Source: Terriglobia bacterium (GTDB lineage: Bacteria > Acidobacteriota > Terriglobia > JAJPHL01 > JAPKYU01). From it: a stretch of 64,000 nt of DNA. How positions within the stretch are numbered: the stretch's first letter is position 1; each line of letters opens with the position of its first letter. Below the pieces are notes generated by a model. The model was not told where the DNA came from. It saw nothing but the letters and a program-made list of their open reading frames with translations, and did not search any database. The DNA lies in NCBI GenBank assembly GCA_965206645.1, contig CBDBKE010000003.1, positions 352,001 to 416,000 on the forward strand, written 5' to 3'. The position numbers were made by a program, and so were the translations under genes. Below are positions 57,701-64,000 of this stretch, piece after piece.

Positions 57701-59026
57701 TTAACCGCGCCTGCGCGACCGGCGGAACAGCAGGTAGAACGGCACTCCGGCGGCCACCGTCAGCAGTCCCCAAAGCGACTCCTTCGGATAAACTCGGAAG
57801 GTAAAGACCGCGATAACGGGTGAGGCGGCAACGAAAAGAGCCGGAAGGAAAGGATAAGCAGGAACGCGAAAGGGGCGAGGCAGGTCCGGGCGGCGTGCGC
57901 GCAGCACGAATACACCCAGAACCGCCAGCCCCGCAAACAGTACCAGGATAAAGCTTACGTAAACCACCAGCGATTCGAAGGCCGAAACGCAAATCAAGAT
58001 GGTGCACCAGGTACTCTGCAAAAAGATGGCTCGCGCCGGGGTGTGAAAGCGAGGATGGACGGTGGCAATCGCCTGAGGAAAGACGCCGTCGCGCGCCATG
58101 GCAAAATAGACGCGCGGCCCAGCCAAGACCATGGCGCTGACGGACCCGGCCAGCGCTAGCAACAGCATCCCGGTGACCAGGTGGCTGGCTACCTGTCCGA
58201 AGGCGGCCACGCTGGCCTTCTCGGCGATGGCCTGCACACCGGCCATCTCCGGGATCGGCAGTGCATACAGATAGAAAGTGTTCAGTGCCAGATAGAGAGC
58301 GGTGACCATCACCGTCCCCCCCAGCAGAGCCAGCGGTAGGTTGCGGGCTGGCTCTCGGATTTCCCCCGCCAGGTAGGCCGCGGCATTCCACCCGCTATAG
58401 GCGAACATCACGAAGACGAGCGAGACCGGAAAATTACTCCACATCGCCGGCTCGGCGCTGCGAAAATGTGCTGTGTCACCGGTGCCCAGCCAGAAGCCAG
58501 CCACCACCAAGACCAAAATTGCCGATACGGTGGCCGCGGTGATCATCCGTTGGAACAAACCGCCTAGTCCGACGCCCAGTGCATGGACCATGGTCAGTCC
58601 CCAGACTAACGCAATGGCCAGCGCGATCCCTGCCACCCGCGGGGGCTCCACGGCAGGGAAAAAGTGCGCCGCATAGTGCGCAAACGCCAAGGACACCGCT
58701 GCGATGGCACCACTGAAACCAATGAAAAACGAGACCCATCCGCTCAGAAACCCGACCAGCGGTCCGTAGGTTTCGCGTAGGTAGACATACTCGCCACCCG
58801 CCTCCGGCATAGCTGCTCCCAATTCGCTATAGGAGAGCGCCCCGGCCAGTGCGAGCATGCCCCCGACCACCCAAACCGCCAGCAGTGCCACCGGATCGCC
58901 AAGATCCCGGGCAAGAAAACCCGAAGTGGTGAAGATGCCCGCTCCAATCACATTGGCCACCACTACGGAGGCAGCGGTGAGCGGTCCAAGACGGCGATCC
59001 AGGGTGGCGTGCGTGCCGGGTTCCAC
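57701..59026 (-). CDS. APC-family amino acid permease
   Basis: IGAGIF, YSELGAAMPEAGGEYVYL, FAYSGWN, EIREPARNLP, RPFRVPAYP. Confidence 0.95.
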   Translation of the reverse strand: MEPGTHATLDRRLGPLTAASVVVANVIGAGIFTTSGFLARDLGDPVALLAVWVVGGMLALAGALSYSELGAAMPEAGGEYVYLRETYGPLVGFLSGWVSFFIGFSGAIAAVSLAFAHYAAHFFPAVEPPRVAGIALAIALVWGLTMVHALGVGLGGLFQRMITAATVSAILVLVVAGFWLGTGDTAHFRSAEPAMWSNFPVSLVFVMFAYSGWNAAAYLAGEIREPARNLPLALLGGTVMVTALYLALNTFYLYALPIPEMAGVQAIAEKASVAAFGQVASHLVTGMLLLALAGSVSAMVLAGPRVYFAMARDGVFPQAIATVHPRFHTPARAIFLQSTWCTILICVSAFESLVVYVSFILVLFAGLAVLGVFVLRARRPDLPRPFRVPAYPFLPALFVAASPVIAVFTFRVYPKESLWGLLTVAAGVPFYLLFRRSRRRG

Positions 59027-59132
59027 GAAGCTAGCTTATCCGAACACGGGCCCATTCGCAGACTGACATATCCCTGGTCCCGAAGGCATTGCCAAACTAG
59101 CAAATAGCTTCAGTGTGGGAACCGGCTTCCAA

Positions 59133-60790
59133 CCCGGATTTCCGTTTTGAAACTCCAAAGCTAACCTTATACTGACCTCCGACGCCAATATTTATGCCGG
59201 TTCCAGCGTCAATACAGCTTCCGGAGGTAGAAACCGAGTGGGTGAGAGGCAAAATCAGCCCTTTCAGTTCTCTTTCAATGCTGCATTGAAGGTCGATTTC
59301 CAGGGGTCGCGGGTTACTTCCGACGGCGGCCTGATCCTCGTGCGCGAATCAGACGAACATTTGGGATTCGGAGAACTCATCAAACAGCACTTGGCCGATC
59401 CTCGGAGAAAGAACACACGGTTGCCCTTTGCTGACCTCCTGCGCCAGTCCGTGTACAGCCGCTTGGCGGGTTACGAAGATATGAATGACGCGGAACGGCT
59501 CTCTCAAGATCCGACGTTCCGGCTGATCGGTTCAGAAAAGATCTGGGAGCGAGGAGCCGCGTTGACTTCCCGGCTGCAATCGTTCGAGACAGAACTACTG
59601 ACGCAAGATGAGAACCTGGCTGGTTTGGCAGCGATCAACCGGGATTTAATCGCCAGGGCGGAAGCTATGGATTCCCCGCAACGGGTGGTGCTGGACATGG
59701 ACTCGACCGAGATTCCGGTCTACGGCCAGCAGGAGCAGAGTGCCTACAACGGGCATTTCGAGTCGAGCTGCTATCACCCGTTGTTGCTGTTCAATCGCGA
59801 GGGTGACTGTCTGGCGGCCAAGCTGCGACCGGGCAACGTGCACAGCGCCGAGGACTGGAAAGAACTTCTCCTGCCGGAGATCGAGCGGCAGCAGCAGCTG
59901 GGCAAGGAAGTGGTGTTTCGTGCCGACGCGGCCTTTGCCAAGCCGGAGATTTACGAGGCTCTGGAGGAGCGGGAGGTAAAGTACGCCATCCGCATCCCGG
60001 CTAACGACAGCCTACAGCGGGACATTGAGGAGTTGCTGACTCGGCCGGTGGGGAGACCCAGCAAGAAGCCGTTGGTGGAGTTCAAGGGCTTTCTATACCA
60101 AGCGGCCAGTTGGAAGACAGCCCGCAGGGTGGTGGCCAAGGTGGAGCATCATCCAGGGGAGCTGTTCCCGCGAGTAGGGTTTATCGTTACGAACTTGACT
60201 CTGCCAAGTCGGGCGGTGATGCGGTTTTACAACAAGCGGGGGACAGCGGAGCAGTGGATCAAAGAAGGAGAGCAAGCAGTGAAGATGACGCGGCTCAGTT
60301 GTCACCGGTTCCGGTCGAACGAGGTCCGGCTGTGGCTCACCATCATTGCCTATAATCTCGGCAACCTGTGGCGGCGACTGGTGCTGCCACAGAGAATCGG
60401 GAACTGGTCCCTGACGAGCTTGCAACAGCGGTTGGTGAAAACGGGAGGACGGCTGGTGAAACATGCGCGATATTACTGGCTTTTGCTGGCCGAAGGGCAC
60501 TTGAGCCGGAGGCTGTTCAGCAGCATGCTGCGAACGATCTCGGCACTGCCGCTGCCAGACGGCTAGCGAACCGGGAGAGAGGGTAATTTTAGGTGCTCAG
60601 AAGTGGTCGGGCCGGATAAGTGTCAGCGGCGCGGCAGGCTGGGCAGGCGAACCCCGCACAGCGACTCCGAAGAACAGCCAAAATGTGCCGCACTACCACC
60701 TCAAAGAGGCCAGAGCTGTTTGCGGTTGACACGACAGGGTACGAGGCATAGCTTTTCGGGTGAAGAGGAAGCTCAAAATGGAAATTCCGG
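59133..60790 (+). mobile_element. IS1380-family insertion sequence (1658 bp)
   Basis: Left IR CCCGGATTTCCGTTTTGA (59133-59150) and right IR TCAAAATGGAAATTCCGG (60773-60790) match at 15/18; one transposase; no clear target duplication. Confidence 0.85.
59238..60566 (+). CDS. IS1380-family DDE transposase
   Basis: VTSDGG, GYED.ND, LDMDST...YG.QE, CYHPL, LRPGN, RADAAF, YNKRGTAEQWIKE, AYNL. Confidence 0.95.
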   Translation: MGERQNQPFQFSFNAALKVDFQGSRVTSDGGLILVRESDEHLGFGELIKQHLADPRRKNTRLPFADLLRQSVYSRLAGYEDMNDAERLSQDPTFRLIGSEKIWERGAALTSRLQSFETELLTQDENLAGLAAINRDLIARAEAMDSPQRVVLDMDSTEIPVYGQQEQSAYNGHFESSCYHPLLLFNREGDCLAAKLRPGNVHSAEDWKELLLPEIERQQQLGKEVVFRADAAFAKPEIYEALEEREVKYAIRIPANDSLQRDIEELLTRPVGRPSKKPLVEFKGFLYQAASWKTARRVVAKVEHHPGELFPRVGFIVTNLTLPSRAVMRFYNKRGTAEQWIKEGEQAVKMTRLSCHRFRSNEVRLWLTIIAYNLGNLWRRLVLPQRIGNWSLTSLQQRLVKTGGRLVKHARYYWLLLAEGHLSRRLFSSMLRTISALPLPDG

Positions 60791-61021
60791 TTAAGATGCA
60801 TGCTACCGCGCCCGCGTTTCATCCCATCCAGAAGAGACCATGGCGATCTGAGTTTGAGTCGGTGGGGCGGCCTGAGGTAAAATGTTAAGTCGAGCGGAAG
60901 CTGAACTTGAGAGTTCCCGAGGAAACCGAAGCCCGGGATTCAGCAAGACTGGGATTTGAGCAAGACCGGATTTCAGTAAGAGAGGACGCAACAAATCTTT
61001 AGACACGGGAGGAATCAACTA

Positions 61022-62026
61022 ATGAGAGGCAAGCACTTGGCTTTGGTTTCACTTGCTCTCGCGGCGAGCATTACGCTGCTGTCCCCGGCTTTCGCGCAGG
61101 GCGCCGGCTCGAAACAGAAGCTCTCCGGCGTGATCATCAAGCAAGATGCGGATAGCTTTGTTCTGCGAACGGGTAATGGGATGGACCAGAAAGTCAAGGT
61201 CACGCTTGTCACAGAAATCAAGGAGAAGAAAAAGAATCCCTTCCGGAGCGCAAGGGAGTACGCAGCCAGTGAGCTGCTGCGCAGCCTGAAGGTGGAGGTG
61301 GAAGGGCGGTTAGACGATTCTGGCGTACTGGTTGCCAAAAAGATCCGTTTCACGAACGACGACCTGGAACTGGCCCACGCGGTCGAGGGAAGAGTGGCGC
61401 CGGTGGAAACGCGGGTGGGCAAGGCAGAAGCCAGGATGACGGCGTCGGAGAAGCGACTTGCCCAAAGTGAGGACAACGCGGAGCGGCTGGCCGGCCAGAT
61501 CGAGGAGCTGAACACTATCTCGAATGCCGCGCACGGGGAAGCGAAAGCGGCCCAGCAAACAGCAGATGACGCTGTAGCCGCGGTTCAGGCCACCAACCAA
61601 AGAATTGCAGCGCTGGACGATTACCAGCTCGAAAAGAGCGTCACCGTTCAGTTCAAGGCTGGAAGTGCTTTCCTGTCGATGGAAGCCAAGGACCTGCTGG
61701 ACGAACTGGCGGCCTATGCGGAGACCCAGAAGGGGTTTGTCATTGAAATCGCCGGCTTTGCCTCAGCCGATGGGAGCGAAGAGCTAAACCGTCGTCTCAG
61801 CCAGCGCCGGGCTGAGGCGGTTTCTCAGTACCTAGCCGAGAATCACGATATTCCTTTGCGGCGAATGATTATTCCCTTCGGGTATGGTGAGTCGCATCCC
61901 GTTGCTGACAACTCTACGCGCCAGGGTCGAGAGGGAAACCGGCGTGTGGAAGTCAGGGTCCTGGTCAACCGGGGCTTGACAATGACTACGGAGCCGCAAG
62001 CCAACCTGGTTAAGCAGGAAGGGTGA
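61022..62026 (+). CDS. OmpA-family peptidoglycan-binding protein with N-terminal OB-like domain and coiled coil
   Basis: Signal peptide; V.F..GS, IAGFASADGS..LN..LSQRRA.AV, GYGE..PVADN.T..GR..NRRVEV; GGGAGG RBS. Confidence 0.92.
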   Translation: MRGKHLALVSLALAASITLLSPAFAQGAGSKQKLSGVIIKQDADSFVLRTGNGMDQKVKVTLVTEIKEKKKNPFRSAREYAASELLRSLKVEVEGRLDDSGVLVAKKIRFTNDDLELAHAVEGRVAPVETRVGKAEARMTASEKRLAQSEDNAERLAGQIEELNTISNAAHGEAKAAQQTADDAVAAVQATNQRIAALDDYQLEKSVTVQFKAGSAFLSMEAKDLLDELAAYAETQKGFVIEIAGFASADGSEELNRRLSQRRAEAVSQYLAENHDIPLRRMIIPFGYGESHPVADNSTRQGREGNRRVEVRVLVNRGLTMTTEPQANLVKQEG

Positions 62027-62361
62027 AGTAGGCAGGCAGTGGCCTAGTCTCGCCAGGGCCTACAGCGATGGGCGGAACATTCCGAGGCGCGGCTGCCGTG
62101 CACCCACGAAATTTGAGGGTCAGGGTCACACGCTTCCTGCTTTTTCTTGGCCTGCTGAGCGGGCTGCTGAGCCTGCTGCCGCAGCGCGAGCCTCACACGC
62201 TGGCGGGCACCCCACACTCCACCACGAGCCTGAACCAGGGAAGCGAGCGCACGGCGTTCACGCTTATTGCGCGAAAGGCACTTGTACCGGGTACGCGGCA
62301 AAATCCAGGATAGATTGAAATTGCCTTCCCCCCGAATGCAGGGAACGAGTGAAAAAGCAAC

Positions 62362-62534
62362 ATGAGCAAACAGAGAGGTTTCTCGCTGATCGAGCAACTT
62401 ACTGTGGTAGCGATCATTGTGGTTGTTGCGCTTTGGCTATGGCTGATCCTGCACTGATCGACCCAACGATTGATATAGTTAGCTTGACAGCAGACCTCCG
62501 GATCTTTGGTCAAGGGGCAAGGGCCCCGATTTGA
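62362..62534 (+). pseudogene. Type IV prepilin remnant (frameshifted)
   Basis: MSKQRG|FSLIEQLTVVAIIVVVA then stop at 62457; pilin-like ALAMADPAL continues in another frame to 62534. Confidence 0.6.
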
Positions 62535-62578
62535 GCCCAAACACGCTTGACGAGAGGGGAGGCAAGGAGAATCTGTTA

Positions 62579-64000
62579 ATGAACAGCTGGCGGCGATTCG
62601 TGTTGACGATTCCGCTGGTGATTCTGTCCTGCGCCGTGTTGGCAGGGGTCTACGGGGGGCGAGTCAAAGCCACTCCGGGCTCTAGCGATGACAATATTCG
62701 GGCCAACCTCAGGTTGCTCACCAAGGTGTACTCGGCGGTGGAGGAAAACTATGCCGACGCGGTAGACCCGGAGAAGGCAATTTACCACGGCGCAATTCAG
62801 GGGATGTTGCGGACCCTGGACCCACACTCGGATTTCTTCGATCCCAAGAGCTTTCAATTACTGCGAGAAAAGCAGCGCGGCAAGTACTACGGGGTCGGCA
62901 TGACGGTGGCTCCACGCGGCGGCGAGACCATCGTGGTGGCGCCGTTCGCTGGCTCGCCTGCTTATCAGGCCGGTCTGCGGCCCGGCGACATTATTGTGCA
63001 GGTGGACGACACACCCACCGATAACCTGTCCACCGGTGAGGTGGTGAAACTGCTGAGGGGACCCAAGGGGATCACTGTACGGGTCCTGGTGTTACGCGAA
63101 GGGACTCCGGCACCGCTGGAGTTTGCCATTACCCGCGCCGAGATTCTTCTCCCCAGCATCGAGCACGCCTTTGAAATTCGGCCCGGCATCGGCTTTATCA
63201 GGATCGCCAGCTTCAGCGAGACCGCCAGCCGGGAACTGGCCAAAGCGCTCAGAAAGCTGAACCACAGGAACCTTCGCGGACTGATCCTGGACCTGCGCGG
63301 CAACCAGGGCGGGTTGCTCTCGGAGGGCGTCAGCGTCGCCGACATGTTCCTGAGCCGGGGCCAGGTGGTTGTCAGCCACCGCGGACGCGCTTCGGGCGAA
63401 AAGGTCTACCGAGCTGCGCGAGGCAATGGGGGAGTGATGTATCCGCTGGTGGTGCTGATCAACCGCCAGAGCGCCAGTGCCGCAGAGATTGTGGCCGGCG
63501 CGGTGCAGGACCACGACCGCGGTCTGGTGGTCGGCGAAACCAGCTTCGGCAAAGGCTTGGTGCAAACCGTGTACCCGCTCAGAGAGAACACGGGATTGGC
63601 CCTAACCACCGCTAGGTATTACACGCCCAGCGGTCGCCTGATCCAGCGAGAGTTCACCGGTATTACTCTTTACGACTACTACTATTATCGGGACGAAGAC
63701 GAATCGGATGACAATGAGCGCCCTGGGCGACAAATCCGGATGACCGACAGCGGGCGCCCCGTCTATGGCGGGGGCGGAATTACGCCCGATGTGAAGATGT
63801 TGACGCCGCCCCTGAAGGGCTTCCTGCGCACCCTGGGGCGGAAATACGCGTTGTTTAACTTCGCCAGGTTTTACCTGGCTACCCACGAGACGATAGGCCG
63901 GGACTTCCAGGTAGACGAGTCGGTGCTGGACGAGTTCCGGCGGTTTCTGGATAGGGAGAAGATCGTCTACACTGAAGAGGATGTTCAGGAACACCTGGAG
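62579..64000 (+). CDS. ctpA: S41 family C-terminal processing protease (runs off window end)
   Basis: Not in ORF track. Manual translation MNSWRRFVL...GMLRTLDPHS..GKYYGVG (PDZ), LDLRGNQGG, SASAAEIVAGAVQD, SFGKG, GGITPD; AAGGAG RBS. Confidence 0.93.
   Translation, partial: MNSWRRFVLTIPLVILSCAVLAGVYGGRVKATPGSSDDNIRANLRLLTKVYSAVEENYADAVDPEKAIYHGAIQGMLRTLDPHSDFFDPKSFQLLREKQRGKYYGVGMTVAPRGGETIVVAPFAGSPAYQAGLRPGDIIVQVDDTPTDNLSTGEVVKLLRGPKGITVRVLVLREGTPAPLEFAITRAEILLPSIEHAFEIRPGIGFIRIASFSETASRELAKALRKLNHRNLRGLILDLRGNQGGLLSEGVSVADMFLSRGQVVVSHRGRASGEKVYRAARGNGGVMYPLVVLINRQSASAAEIVAGAVQDHDRGLVVGETSFGKGLVQTVYPLRENTGLALTTARYYTPSGRLIQREFTGITLYDYYYYRDEDESDDNERPGRQIRMTDSGRPVYGGGGITPDVKMLTPPLKGFLRTLGRKYALFNFARFYLATHETIGRDFQVDESVLDEFRRFLDREKIVYTEEDVQEHLE

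Noticed and set aside
62068-62313. 81-aa ORF with a hydrophobic stretch
   Set aside because: No RBS or recognisable homology; may be a remnant, so not called.

Overview
GC-rich bacterial chromosome segment; gene content and order suggest an Acidobacteriota member (inference). Most of it is housekeeping: partial ftsA, secA, a Kdo/heptose LPS inner-core operon (waaA-lpxK-waaF-hldA-hldC-waaC plus two unusual passengers), HU, serA with a class V aminotransferase, add, UvrD/PcrA, a three-gene split DsbD system, gltX, fpr, transporters and a partial S41 protease. The standout is a ~9 kb divergon (16323-25281). A FadR/GntR regulator and purU face an 8-gene operon encoding a complete corrinoid- and folate-dependent methyl-transfer machine: a Zn-type MtaA/CmuA methyltransferase, a corrinoid protein, a RACo activator, a MetF-MetV fusion, an AcsE-like pterin-binding methyltransferase and three uncharacterised accessory proteins. 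The layout suggests oxidative demethylation of an unknown (possibly S-methyl or halomethane) substrate to formate. Other notable items are a GAF3-GGDEF-HD-GYP gene broken by one in-frame TAG, a complete IS1380-family element, a frameshifted type IV pilin remnant, an unannotated 53-aa basic microprotein, many probable leaderless genes and a dispersed family of 7-nt periodic repeats at gene junctions. No rRNA, tRNA or CRISPR array was recognised.
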